This document shows, piece after piece, positions 50,873 to 64,000 of a DNA stretch of 64,000 nucleotides (position 1 is the stretch's first letter; every line of letters begins with the position of its first letter). The stretch is from NCBI RefSeq assembly GCF_001194135.2, contig NC_068989.1:94045992-94109991 (forward strand), written 5' to 3'. This stretch comes from Octopus bimaculoides (taxonomy: Eukaryota). The translations under genes and the position numbers were made by a program. Under the pieces are notes generated by a model, which had not been told where the DNA came from, did no database searches, and saw nothing but the letters and a program-made list of their open reading frames with translations.

Positions 50873-51583
50873 CTAAAAAGGAAAAGAAAATTGCGATCTC
50901 TTATCCGAAATGTTATTTGTAAATAAAATACTCACACCTGTCATATTTAAAACAAGATCTTGGAAACAATATAAATTGACGCAAGTCCTAACGGTCAAAC
51001 GTGATATTAGGCATGCCACACTGAACATTCTATTTATATGTTCTAATCATTGATATTATAAGAACAATGCGCAGAGAATACAGAAGCTAGGAATGTGGAA
51101 AGGAGATAATAAAGAAACAAATTCTGAAATGCAGAATTGAACAAATTAGCGCGAGTGAAACGGTGTCAATTTACTACTGCAACTGTCAAACAAAGTTCCA
51201 TTAATTTAGAATAGTGCCCAAAATAGAATGACTGCGAGAAGAAGAAACTCTACAAATATCATTCACTTCAAAAGTTATGATAAATATCGGTCTTGAAAAC
51301 GGTGCAAGTGAAAGCATCACGTACTTGGTAAACTGAGTGAAGAAGCACCGTATAGTAAATATTGTAATAACACACAGTACAACACTCCCAGCAAATAGAA
51401 TAGAAATGTGTGAAACAGAACGTAGAGGTGGGCGGATGTTTTTATCTGAAGAATTGGGTCGATTTAAAGAAATGAAAAGCGACAGAGGATATTTAGTTTA
51501 AGATACAAAAGTGTAAAAATACTATAAATGAATATCCAGCCGCTAAGTTATAGAAATAGTTATTATACACGTTATATAAGATT

Positions 51584-51797
51584 GCAAGCTGGCAGAATCG
51601 TTAGCACACCGGACAAACATTTTGGCGGCATTTCGTCCGTCTTTATGTTCTCTATTCTCAAATTCCACCGAGGTTGACTTTGCCTTTCATCCTTTCACGA
51701 TCGTTAAATTAAGTTCCAGTTGTGCACTGGGGTCCTTATAATCGACTTGCTCCATCCACCTCTTCTTGCTGACATTGTGCCAACATTTGAATTCAAT
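51584..51797 (+). mobile_element. OR-type SINE
   Basis: GCAAGCTGGCAGAATCGTTAGCACACCGGAC head; GACTTTGCCTTTCATCCTTTC core; TGTGCCAACATTTGAA tail. Confidence 0.85.
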
Positions 51798-51999
51798 ATA
51801 CAACTTATATACTCAGTAATGTTTATGAAGGATTTCTATTGCAATTGACTACGTCTACAAACAATTTCAGTGGAACTGTTTACAGAGTCGTAAATGGTAG
51901 ATGAGAGTTTTAATGCTTGCATGAAGTTGGTCTCGATGTTGAAGTCGACTTTGCTCAAATATTTGAACTGAGAAGAAGCAGGACTGGCTCCAGGTCCTG

Positions 52000-52340
52000 C
52001 GTTCTGAGGCCTTCTTTTACCAAGAAGAAAAAAAGGGTATGTTGCATTGCTTCAGATTGTCTTTTAATTTGTCTCTGAAGCGCAAGAGTGGCTTTCCAAT
52101 TGTATCTACATGATGGGAATTGGCTAAGTTGCCTCGAAATTCTGATATCACTCATACGTAAGAGATATCTAAGCTGTATGTTGAGATGTTGCATTTTGTT
52201 AGCACCTCCCTATTAGGAATATGGTCACTTGGTTTTATGTTGGAGATAATACGTAAGTATCGCATATGAAAAGAGTCAAGCTGGTTAATGTGCTTTCGAA
52301 ACAGAGTCCAAGATTCAGCACCATAAAGCAATGTTGTCAA
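52000..52340 (-). mobile_element. RTE-clade LINE RT C-terminal relic
   Basis: TTLLYGAESWTLFRKHINQLDSFHMRYLR...EVLTKCNI, QLRY, GKPLLRFRDKLKDNLKQCNI. Confidence 0.88.
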
Positions 52341-52699
52341 GACTGCCGACTTATATACACCGACTTTGATCTTGAACGATACGTCATGGTTATTCCAAAG
52401 CCTGTGATAAAGATTACCGAAAGCGAAGTTAACCGTCCCGATATGTCAGGTTGCTCTCCAGCGCTACTGATAACATGTAACCCAATACAATCTTTTACAT
52501 TTTCGGATCGACCGCGACTAATTTGGTAATCCCGTCGAGCTTGCTTGGTGAGGAGGTTGTTTGTTTGACACCCTGCGGGCAAAAATAAAACAACAAAATC
52601 CATCGAAGGGTGGAGGAACTTATGTGTAGCCAAAAGTCATCATAACTACACGTATATGGTACCATATATCACACACTTATTAGTGAGTCACACTAAGGT

Positions 52700-53630
52700 G
52701 ACATATACAGAAATCACATGACAAAACAGGTAGAGCACTCTTCAAGAAAACAGGTAGAGCAATCTTCAAGAAAACAGGTAGAGCAATCTTCAGCAGTTTT
52801 CTCAAGCAGTTCATGTGGAAGCAGTTAATCATTTTTGGCGTGGAGTTCATAAACAATCCATATCGAGTAGGCAATACATTCTCTTGGTAAACCTGCAGTA
52901 TGGTGGCGATTCTAATACCTCTCTTCTCCCTCTCTGGTTCATGTAGACGCCTAAATTCTGAGCTACCCTTGAACATGCGCGTGCCGACCTCATAGCTAAC
53001 GTTTTCAGATCTGCAAAATATGCTGGCAATCAATGTACCAGAACTTATCAGGTCTTCATGGTTTCCCCTTCGAGAGTAAAGGATGGTTCCACATGCGTCT
53101 TCTGCAGGGTAGGTTGGTATAATATCTCTGTCTACTGTTTGTAAGGCCGAGATTGCTGCAGGCAATGGAAACGTTCATGCTTTGTTACATATGGGCCTCT
53201 GTAATGGCGTTGAGTGTGCAGGCATCTGCGAACAGTAAGTCGCGAACAGTAAGTCGCGCACAGAGTCCTCTTCGCACTTTGGCTTTTAGCTTTCAGAGGT
53301 TGAAGAGTTTGCGATCAGTCCTATATTGATTTTGATATTCGTTCCATTTTCTTGGAACATTGTGCTAAACGGCGTACGTGCAAGTTCTTAGCCTTGCTTG
53401 ACTTCGTGAGTGACCGAGAATGCGTCGGAAGAATATTGTTCAGTAAATTGAGTGAAAGATGCTGTCGTGGAGTTGCTGAAGAATTTGTTCAGGCTGCCAA
53501 ACTTCCAAAGCCGCTCTAGATTAACGGTGCCAAATGCTTTGGTTAGGTCTACAAACGTCGTATACCGGTCTCTGTTCTGTTCTTCGCACTTGTCCTGAAG
53601 TTGTCGGGCAGTAAAATCGTTCAACTGTCC
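52700..53630 (-). mobile_element. RTE-clade (BovB/Expander-like) LINE RT relic
   Basis: FTARQLQDKCEEQN...FVDLTKAF, VKQG, YRTDRKLFNL, LLFADAC.LNA, GTL....EV..R..K.SS.F.RL, FHMNCLRKLLKI. Confidence 0.9.
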
Positions 53631-56600
53631 TACGGCCTTGTCTCAAACCACACTATCTTTTCTGTGCTATGTGACGCGGTTAAGGAGGACTCTTGCGAGT
53701 CTCTTACCAGTGATGACAAGGCGAAAAATTCCTCCGTGGATGTCACATTTGGAGCCTCTGCAAGAGAAGTGTTGATGTCAACCTGGAGCAAGCGAGCGAT
53801 TATCTTGCTTTAGATATAAAGGACAGTCCTTTTTGCACAAAAAGCCAATATGAGAATTTCTCCCATGGTGTATACTGCAGTAGAGTTTGTTCTAACAGAA
53901 CATCCAGGTTTAAGTGGAGATAAATATTACCTCTCTTTATTAACACTGCCTCTGTCGCTAATATATATATTTCACTCACCATGTACTATGAATATGATAT
54001 ACGATAACATAAAAAGCATTAAAAGAAGCAAAAAAAAAACAATCATGTGTTTCGGCTAATATACATTATTTGACTTATAAAAAATACATCTATACTCATA
54101 TAAGTTTCATCAGAGCTTTGGATTATAGACAGACGAAACTCCGCGTGAAAGGACAGCTTGATTGTAAAAAATTAATTAAAATGTCTATGTATTATGAGCG
54201 TTAACCTTTCAGCTACATTACAATTAAAAGATAACAAAATTATAACGGACAAAATAATTAATTAAATAGAATCTACAACTATCGTAATATATTTCTATAT
54301 ATCGCAAATGTTAAAAACGACATATTCAGAACAATCTCTACCCATGAATTTATTATGAACAATTCTCATCACTACTATTACAACCACAAACGTGACTTTT
54401 ACGTCACTTGACCATTTAAGAGGTTTCCACCAACATCTTACTAGTGTTATGCCACTCCTGTATTTTTCTTATTCTTTCTCTTCTCTTTCTACTTCTCCAC
54501 CTCCTTCTTCGGTTACTGCTTAAACAATCAAAACCAAGAACTCATATCAAATATTCTTTTAGGAGTGCTACTACCAACTACTAAGCCTTCACCAGTGTAA
54601 AAAAAGAGAGACAGACAGACAGACTGAAAAAAGGAAAATGTCCCTTGCGTTTGAAAACTATTGAAATATGTTTTTAAAATGTTTTATGTAATTCTTCAAC
54701 AATTTAATTGCTTTTCATGTTTAACTTAAGTTGAAAAAGTCGCAAAGACTGAAACCGGTACTAAAATGTTCTTCATGATAAGACTATTTTAGCATTTTCT
54801 ACCTCGTCTTATTTTATATATATATATATATATATATACACAAATCACCATATTTTTGCCATCAGAAAGTGGTTTAAGGAGTAAAAATATATATGAATCA
54901 TATTTTTTTTAGTGACTTTCATATCCCAAACATAGGATTACGAACTAATATACAGTGATGAAAAACAACAAACAGCTACACTAAATTATTTTCTTAACAA
55001 GGTAATAGCATATAAATTACGTAGAAATCTCGTTTTTCTTGATTTATCTAATTTCTGTAAAAAAATAATCATTGAAACGTGTCAAGAATTTACTAAATAA
55101 TTGAGTAAAGCTTCAGAAATTTTTAGCGATTATGGGTGGTACGTGTGCTGTAGGGAAGCTAATTAACTTTGATCGGCCTAATAACAATGTCGTTGTTTCC
55201 TTCGTTTTATTCACAGCAGAATGTAGTCAGATCAATGGGAAAATTGAGGAAAATTCATTTCGCTTACATTACCGAATCTTGATTCTCCCAGGAAAACTAA
55301 AGTTTATTTTTGAAAAAAGTGAATTGGAAGTTGCAGTTTTAATTCAATTTAATACATGAATATTGGAGATACCCGCATGAAAGTCATGAAAGAAAATTAA
55401 GATACGAACTATTTGGAACTTTCACTTACTATCACCAGCACCATCAAATTTCTTCCTAGTCTTAGGTTTTACAGCAAGAGCTTAAGTTTGTCAATTCCTT
55501 TCAGTTCTTAGTTGTTGAGCAATGGTAGGATATGTCAGATGATTAACTTTTTCTGTCAGTGTTATAGAATATAGAGGAGTCGCAGCTATTTAGCAATGGC
55601 CAGATTAAAGATCCTCAACCGTTTAATATAATCTAATAGATATGAAGAATATTGAATTTTCATCTATGATAAAAAAATAAACAAAAATCAATGGAAAATA
55701 GTTTATTGTAGATAAGTTAGATAAGTAAATCTGATACGAAAATTATGATATTTCAGATATTCAGAGAGAGAAATACTTGTTTACGAGCCTTTTTTTATAT
55801 TTTTGTCGTTAATGGATAGTTAGAAATCATTCAACTATAAATCTGAGCCGGAATCAGATTGACCCCACATCAAGGTGAATCATCTCAATGATATTTGCGC
55901 TTGATAATGCAAATTAAATGTGAAAAACATATAAAAGTACCACTTTTTGCTAAATATAAATATTGCTGCATATATTCAATAAGTCACAAAAGTTCATTCA
56001 CATATTTCCCTGTAAACCAAATGATTTCAGCCATCAACTTAGAAAGAGAAGCTCTTATTAAAAGCCTTCAAATATTGAATTATCCATGAATAAACAATTT
56101 ATGTAACTCTGTTATCGGGATGTTGAATCAGAGAAACCATGGCACTGTTGTAGGAAAAACAGGCGATTTTGTTTTTAAATGTTATCCATTTAATACAGTT
56201 CTGTTTGGAGTAAGCCAACATTCTCGAAGCCATACACATATACAGAGTCGTATTTAGCCTTGCAAGAACATTCAACCATTTATTTTTGTTATTTCCATGT
56301 CATTCGTAATGAAGCAAAACTATTGTCAGAACAAACGTTCCAATAAGCATTGATACCCATCTTATCTTTTCAAAATTCGTGAACATATAATTCGATGTGT
56401 TTTTTTTATATTTGTAAAGCGGTATGGTATGGTTTAAGATATAATTCTTCAGATCAGCTAATCTTATAAAGACTCTTTCTTCTTGCCACTGTATTTTACC
56501 GCATTTATTCCCTAGATTTACTTTGCTAATATGCAGCTGAGCTTACAAATTAGCATCTTGAATAATTTTAATGTTGTGTAGGTTATGAAAGCAACGGAGC

Positions 56601-58239
56601 ACTAACAACAAAAGTTCCACTGTTGATCTGTCAGATCTTTCCTTGTGTCGTATCTCCAGTCACAACCTAATTTGGCAGACCCATAGAACAGAGGTTGTCG
56701 GTCCAAAATTTAACTTCTCTCCACAGAAACAAGTTCTTCATTTGCATGCTCCCACTTGGACTAAAACAAACATTCTCGGAACCTTTATCCAATATGAGTG
56801 TGTTGGTATTGTCTCTATTCTGCATGTCTTCTTGTTTTGGCGAAGATGGAAAAAGGTGACTCGGACAATGGGTGACAACTGCCGTTCTAACTTGTCCTGT
56901 ACCTTACAGATTCGATTGTACGTGGTCACACTGTTGAGATAGTGATATTAAAATATTTATATGAAACGTAAATATCATTCACTTAATATCCCTTTAGTCT
57001 ATGAAACGAGTCGCTGTAAGCAGTGCAAACTTCGCACAGCTCGTCAATTTCTAGTATATTAAGCACATCAGGAAAGTGTTATCACTTTTTTCCTATCTTC
57101 TTTATTGACGGGTAATTAGAATGGAAGACTTCGGTGATTTTGTGTTAGGATATGGTGCAATACATGTTGGTGGATAAGAACCGTACACTTATTCGCTAAG
57201 ACGCTCGCACTTTATCATGTTAGCTACTTCTATTCTTCCTCTCCAAATATGTTTTTAATATTAATGCAGAAGCACGTAATAACGGCTCTTGTTTAAAATA
57301 GAGTAGATCTACTCTGTGTAATCTCGATTTTATCAATAAAATCAAACTTTTGACAACTTTCTACGGAATTTAATGCTTATCATATGTATTTCTGTTGGTG
57401 ACTTTATAGAATTTGAGAAAATACTACTTTCGTTTCTCTTGATTTCTAAACGTCAGACACGAATAAAACATAAGTATATGAAAATAAATTGCATATCACA
57501 TGTCTATGCGTGTGAGTTATATAAAAGTCTATGGAAAAGTGAGCGTCCATATGATTATTCAATAGACGAATTGATTGCTTTGGAAAACACACGGTATTTA
57601 TATTTTCATACTAAAATGTTATTTTGAGAAGTCCTCTCTTGGTAACAATTAATGCTAATGCAGAATAAGAATGTTAGTTTGTAAACACAGTCAACGATGA
57701 AATATTATATCCATGTTTATATATTAGTATGTATTATATGTTTAAATTTTATTCTGTTGTTGCTCTTCTTGTTTAGCAAAAGGTCAGCATGGATTGCGCA
57801 GATCAACGATCGAAAAGCATTCCACAAGGAGAATCTATTCGATATTTCTGGCGGATCGAACCACAGAAATGAAGCTGTCTTTTGTATATGGAGCAACGTG
57901 CGTCATGTTATTGGTGATATAACTTGTTTATGGAATTCATTTGGTTCCGTTTAGGTTGCTCTTCGCAGATCTGAGGACTTGGTCATATTAATTATTCAAA
58001 AACAAATAAGTAGTGTGCACTCGATCGCTATGTCATGAGTTTGCTACACTGAATTCAGATACAAATGAGTGAATACATTACATACGATAAACTTAAACCA
58101 CGTTGATCGCCTTTATCCTCTAAGAAACACTAATTATTGAGTGTTTAATGACCAATCTAAAGAGTGAACAGTGTTTGTGGCCTTTGTAAGGTCTGATAGG
58201 CGGAGCTACTGTTGCGATTGAATATTCCAGTGGGCTATT

Positions 58240-58480
58240 GTTCTGTTAAGTGAGGGTGGTGTTTCAGGCAAAGGTAGTCTGGGGTGTTAAACACAAGAAG
58301 TTTTATGAAGAGAGATGAGTGCTTCGGGAAGTCCTTAGTGGAACTGCAAAAAAAAGGCAGCCAGCATTGTAGATGTAAAATGGCACAAAGAGAGTTTATT
58401 GCGTGCCAGTAGACTAGAGACTGGATCACGTCTTTGAGTAAATACAGGAATGCTGCAATCAGATGTATCGCTTAATTTCA
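58240..58480 (-). mobile_element. Possible old LINE APE-endonuclease N-terminal relic
   Basis: LLVFNTPDYLCL resembles the LL....PD.LCL.ET motif; adjacent CT-rich tract at 58490-58830; very degraded. Confidence 0.3.
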
Positions 58481-59239
58481 TTTGTGAAATGAATAGGGAT
58501 GAGAAAGGAGTGTTAGTCGGTGGTGAAGATGTGATGGGAGGCAGAGAAAGGTGTGGGGGAGAGATAGGGGAGATGAGAAAGTAAGGAGTAAAAGAATGTG
58601 AGATATGTGAGTAGGGGTGATACGACAGAGTTGTCTTAAGGGATGGGTAAAGAAAAGGTAGTGAAAAGGTAGGGGTGGGGAGATACCGACGTGAGTAGTA
58701 GTTTTCGTATTAAATGTTGAAGTGGATGGAAGGATAAAATGATTGTCAAATTACTATAAATAGACGTATGTGATAGTGGTAGGTAGGAATCAGAGAGGAG
58801 GGAGGGAGAAGGTGAAGTTATAAAACCGTTCCATCTCTTAAACAACAAAAACTCTTATTCTTTCCTACAATTTGATATAAATAATTATTATTCTTCAATT
58901 TCTCCCAAAACTCTTAATCAAAATTCTGTAACGTGTTGAGGACAATGCATTAGATCTTCTATAATGGGTTTGTAGAGGGCAGATGGACCCAGGACTGCAG
59001 TTACAAGTGGGCGTATTTTGGGGAATATTTTCAGGAATGGAGGCGAGGATACTCCTTTTCTCACTACTTTCACCCTTTCTTCACTTTTTCTGTCTGTCTT
59101 CCTCTCATTTTACCTTCCTGTTTTTATTTTGACCTAATTCCTCCTCATTCTAAACATACACAGCTGCCTCCCCACCTACTAACCACAAATACTACCAATA
59201 GATTCTCAAATGTTCATTCACACCACAAGACACTTTCGA

Positions 59240-59700
59240 ATGAGCTACACAGAATCCACGGCTCCATAATTTGAAATGGTTAAACATGAACTACTTTTGG
59301 AATTTACATACCATGTACAGGAAACTTTTTAACCACTTCTGTACACGACTTTCCTCGAATAATGGAACTGCAACTACAGTATCTTTATATATTTTATATT
59401 TTTATTTCTACTTTCATTCTCTTATTTCCCTCTATATTCCCTTACTCCTTTTCCATTATAATTTCTTATTTCGAACACAAATATTTACTTGTATTTAACC
59501 ATCTAACATCGTCTCTGTTGAAGGGATATCCATAATATCCGAGAAATAGCTGTAAGACTATATCTATAACTCCTTCTTTATAAATGTCCTCAAAACTCCT
59601 CGCAGTCTTGGCTTTGTTATCTCATTATGTCTAATCTTTATATGCATGCTAATACAAGAGCCACATTAGACTCCTCACTCGTATCATTATCGAACCATAG
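59240..59700 (+). mobile_element. Penelope-like fragment with minimal hammerhead at 59511-59558
   Basis: GTCT-CTGTTGA-AG-GGATAT(CCATA)ATATCC-GA-GAAA-TAGCTG-TA-AGAC; outer boundaries are approximate. Confidence 0.5.
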
Positions 59701-59915
59701 CACTTACTTAGCGTTACCTGCCACTCTTTGGGTCTTCTAGATAACAATACCTCTCATGTATATATACATACATACATACATATACATATACATATATATA
59801 TATATATATATATTAAATACTACATACGTTAACAAAATTTAATTAAACACATTAAAATNNNNNNNNNNNNNNNNNNNNNNNNNNNNNNNNNNNNNNNNNN
59901 NNNNNNNNNNNNNNN

Positions 59916-59982
<67 letters not shown>

Positions 59983-59992
59983 TTGTATGCAT

Positions 59993-60152
59993 ACAACGCG
60001 TTTCCTTCTGTTTCCGTCTACCAAATCCGTTCAGAAGGCTTTGGTCGGCCAAGACTATAATAGAAGAAACTTGCCTAAGGTGTCAATGAATGGGAGCTGA
60101 ACCCGCAACAGTGTGGTTGGGAAGCAAACTTCTTACCACACAGCAACGCTTG
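59993..60152 (-). mobile_element. OK-type SINE 5' half
   Basis: Reverse complement of the 34987 head (CTTACCACACAGC; GTTTCCGTCTACCAAATCC). Confidence 0.85.
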
Positions 60153-60874
60153 TCTGAAATCTTTAGAAACACATTCTGCTTTCTTTCTAGAATTCTCCTC
60201 AGTATTATGAACGCGAGGCTTATGCAATCGTAGACACCTAGAACAATAATGCATTATGTGATTTAGCTTATTTCGTCTTTATTCTATAATTTCGCTAAAG
60301 AAGATTTCAACTTTAGCTCCTCTTCCGTCGGTAAAGAACGTATGAATAATATATCAAAGCCATTTGAGCGGATTTTACAATTTCTGTAGCAATTGAATTT
60401 AACCTCAAAAGAAATCGATATAAGCTATCGGGATAAAAAGGATCCCTCAATTTATTTTATCATCGTTTACACATGGTTCCACTTCGAATAAGTTTAGTTG
60501 CATAATTTCAAACAAATATTGATTAGTAAATCAATATTACTATTCATATTAGGAGAGATAAATGCCCTCATCTCGTTTAAACTTTCAAATTTCGGAATTT
60601 TTAAGAATATTTATGAATTTTCAAACTATCATATCTTTGAATATTTAGTCAGAACACAGGCATTATTTTCAGGAGAAAATTATGAAATAAAGTGCCATAA
60701 AGTCAGTAACCGACGATGTGTGTTCATCAATTTCATTGGTTACTTTTAGAGACGGTCTGAGTTTTAATTTACATAGATAACCAAGAAGGTTTTCAAATCA
60801 CATACGTACACAGAAACAATTTAACATGATTACTGTTAGGATTTCACTTATCTTTTGAATGATAATCCACCACA

Positions 60875-60921
<47 letters not shown>

Positions 60922-61258
60922 GCATTAACTATAGCTTCAGAAAAAACTCATGTGACCCGTTTCATAGACGAAGGATTTGTAATAGTCATCGCTGAATTAT
61001 AGCACACACATACATATATATGGGTGCATACATGTATGTGACCTAATAAACACTAACACACACATTTTATGCACGCATGTGTGTGTTTGTGTGTGTGTTT
61101 GTGTGTGTGTGTGTGTATGGGGAAGGAGAGTATATGCATATATCTATATATGTAAGCACGCTGACATTAATAAGCAATTTTCCTCAGTGTAGAAGACGAA
61201 AAAGGAATGGTGGATATCAAAATTAAAGTATCACTATATCATGTATATATGAAGTAAA

Positions 61259-61553
61259 ATACTGGTTTCAAATTTTAGCACAATGCCAGCAATCTTTAGG
61301 GAGGTTTTGAGGCGATTATATCTCCAAATCCTATTTACTTAATGTGTCTTAACCCATTCTCCAATGGTTTAAACTTTTCGCACAAGATCAGCAATTTTGA
61401 GGGAGGCGGTAAGTCATTTCCATCGACCACCAGTGCATATCTGGTAGTTATTTTAGATGAAACGATGAAAAGCAGAGTCAACAACCCAGAACGTAAAGAT
61501 GTATGAAATGTATTTTGCCCGGCCTGCTAACGATTTTGCCAGCTCATCACCTT
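61259..61553 (-). mobile_element. OR-type SINE plus an extra tail fragment
   Basis: Two tail copies (GGTTTCAAATTTTAGCACAA at 61262 and GGTTTTAAACTTTTCGCACAA at 61365); head reverse complement TGCCAGCTCATCACCTT. Confidence 0.75.
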
Positions 61554-63469
61554 ACGTATGAACGTTATAATGCATTTTTGAATTTATACAGGGTATGTTT
61601 GTGTGGAGGAGGTAGACACTGTGGTTACCACCGCTGAAAGAAATGGGTAATACGCCTGGGTATATAAAAACAAATGTTTGTGTGGATGTAAAATTTTAAG
61701 GAAAAATTAATGGATCACACGCACACCGCCAAATAAATTCTCAGGTCGAACCATCGGGACAAAGATGGAGCTACGAATAGCTAAATAACAAGGCATGTAT
61801 TCAATTTCCACCTAATCTCTTTCACTCGCAAGGTTTGGGACGACTCGTGATTACAGGAAATGAAACTTATCCAAGATACCATTCTTTGGAGCCGAAACCA
61901 GGATTTCACGATTGTCTTCTGAAGCTCTTGTCAATGATACTAATGAAATCCTGCATAAGTTCATATGTAAAACCATATTTGAAATATTACAAGCGACAGA
62001 TTACCATTCTGATACCTCTCACATATCACCACCACACTTCTTTATATAGAATATCTTTTGTCTCAGAAAAATCTTGGTTAAAATTAATAACTATATTCGC
62101 TTACAGTTAGGCTTTCATTCGTTTGTTAAAACAATATAAATTTTTTGCCACGCAATCTAAGACACCGACAAGCTTGGATACTTGAACAATTCTGACAGGC
62201 TTGATCTTACTGTAATTGTTTCACCCACCTCTTCATAGAAACAGCGAATATATATGAAATGCGCGGAGAAATATTCTAGTGAAATAGCACTTTTATTTGC
62301 ATTCGATATTTCTGAGCACAAATTGCATGATTTATGTCATTTGCTTCATTAGTTATGGGCTGATGGAATAACAAGCAATGAAGAAATTTGATTAGATTAA
62401 TAAAAATAGACGAAGATCCGCTAATAGAAAATAAACATTACATTGCATCAATTGTCTGCCTATCTAAACAGAAGGCATATTGAATTCATGTCTAGCAATT
62501 ACATGCTGCATGTTTCAGTTATATTTATCAAGAAATTTAAGTAGTCGTCCAAAATGAGGATATAAACCAGAAACATATTTCTTTTCACTTTCTTTGAATT
62601 TATATGACTTATTTTCAAATTTTCTAATGAAAATCTGAAAATTATTGGAAAATAACTTTGCTTCCAGGCCTGTTTAAATGTTGTATCTGGTTTTCTGTGC
62701 TTGTGGCTATTCCCATCAAACAAAGCCCTCAGATTTGAGAAGATTAAAATTAAAATAAAATCACCAATATTAATAATTAGCGAGTATCTTGATAGTTTTA
62801 GAGAAAGAAAATAAGAGTTATATGTTGTTTTTTGGCGTCATTTTAAATATGGATAGGAAATATTCCTTCATTTTGCATCTAGTTAATTATATGCATGTTT
62901 TCAGCTCCACTGGTTGGTGGTGCTATCCAAGAAGTTATAGATGTTAGCTTAAATGCGAAATCATTTACATAACTTGCAATTAATTAGTTCACATTGTGTG
63001 TTCCATCTTCCGGCACTGCACGGGTGGTGAACACCATGTGTAAATATTGGATGCTTGCTTTTACTTTAAGCCGCTCATCAGTTTACGGAAATGGCTTGCC
63101 CTTGGTGAAAAATAGAAAATAAATGCGCGTTCGATTTCCGTAACTTAAAATTAAGTTTGGATGCATTGCCGTATTGAATATTTCTAACAAATAGGCATAT
63201 ATGAAGATAGGTATCACAGTTATAAACACTATGGCAATTTAAATGAATAAAATAGTGTGTATTTGTTAATTCTAGAGATGAAGTTTCAAAAATGACTTTC
63301 AAATACTCTAAATATAGAGGGGAGTAGATGTCTGGCTATTCAAGATTTTCTAGGTATATATACGGCTTAATATTATCTACTTCCCTATAAATAGGCTATA
63401 AGGAAAGGTACAATAATTGAAAAGGAAGTTCTGTGTTCTAGGGGTTGGGTTCCTGTTGAGCTAGGTTTC

Positions 63470-64000
63470 TCAAGCGTTATAACACGCTTTCGTCTCCTGG
63501 ATCGAATATAGCGCATGCATTCTTCACTTTGTCCCTGGGAGGATCTTCGAACACCTCCTCGGTCGTGTCCCCGAACTTGGCTTTGGTGTTTCAGGTAAAG
63601 CGGTTCGTGTCTTTCTCAACCGCATCTCAAAAACATAGTAGCCCATGGGATTGCAATCAAGGGAAGTAGTAGACCTAAAATTGTGGCTGGGGAAGTCGTA
63701 GAAATGTTTCGAAGCTTCTTTTGACTCTTTCAGGAGGTACGGCAACGGGCGAAATCTTGCTGCCACACATATGGTCATTCATCAGCAACATTCTCCAGCC
63801 ACTGTTTGATCACAATCTCCATCTGCTACACATAGCCATCTGAATTGAGAGCAAAGCCCTGTTCAGAAATGCAAATATAAATTCCTTCGTGTAGATGTTG
63901 TCAAAATGCCTACAGTGCCCCTACTTGCTGACCCCGGCTTTGTAGTGTCTGATGCAGTTGTCCATGTCACGTCTTACAACCTCTTTAAAGTGTTCTCAGA
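63470..64000 (-). mobile_element. Tc1/mariner maT-type (DD37D) transposase relic, continues past the window edge
   Basis: ALNSDGYV...VIKQWLENVA..PYVWQQD ... HFYDF..HNF....SLDCNPMGYYV; 37 residues between D2 and the (mutated) D3 position after frame correction. Confidence 0.88.

Noticed and set aside
55217-55318. Strong NAGNAG acceptor with open frame ECSQINGKIEENSFRLHYRILILPGK
   Set aside because: No recognisable homology and only a moderate donor; unresolved without RNA data
56643-56942. Possible Gypsy RNase H relic
   Set aside because: Only a vague FW.TDN similarity; other conserved motifs absent
57777-57954. Strong acceptor followed by several open frames, weakly THAP-like (AWIAQI.R)
   Set aside because: THAP C/H motifs absent and no convincing donor

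Overview
AT-rich, microsatellite-dense, gapped eukaryotic scaffold (about 15 N-runs, e.g. 7941-8775, 19392-19741, 30399-31058). The tRNA-derived SINE families and repeat landscape resemble an octopod cephalopod genome; this rests on recalled OK/OR-type SINE sequences, not a database search. No intact protein-coding gene is visible, and most listed ORFs are N-gap or (AT)n/(AC)n artefacts. The window is a graveyard of mobile DNA: about 12 SINEs, CR1/L2-, RTE- and R4/Dong-type LINE relics, mariner and maT (DD37D) relics, a Helitron fragment, MITEs and Penelope-type pieces. Four observations stand out. (1) An array of about 30 TTCCTGGAAAGTTCC units (HSE/STAT-like sites) sits directly upstream of a Helitron PIF1 fragment and 3' terminus. 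(2) A head-to-head pair of tRNA-headed SINEs carries minimal hammerhead-ribozyme motifs, and two more degenerate hammerheads occur elsewhere. (3) There are two long foldback elements (about 195 bp and 567 bp). (4) Two splice-bounded segments join in frame into an adhesion-GPCR-like TM2-TM3 peptide (low confidence).
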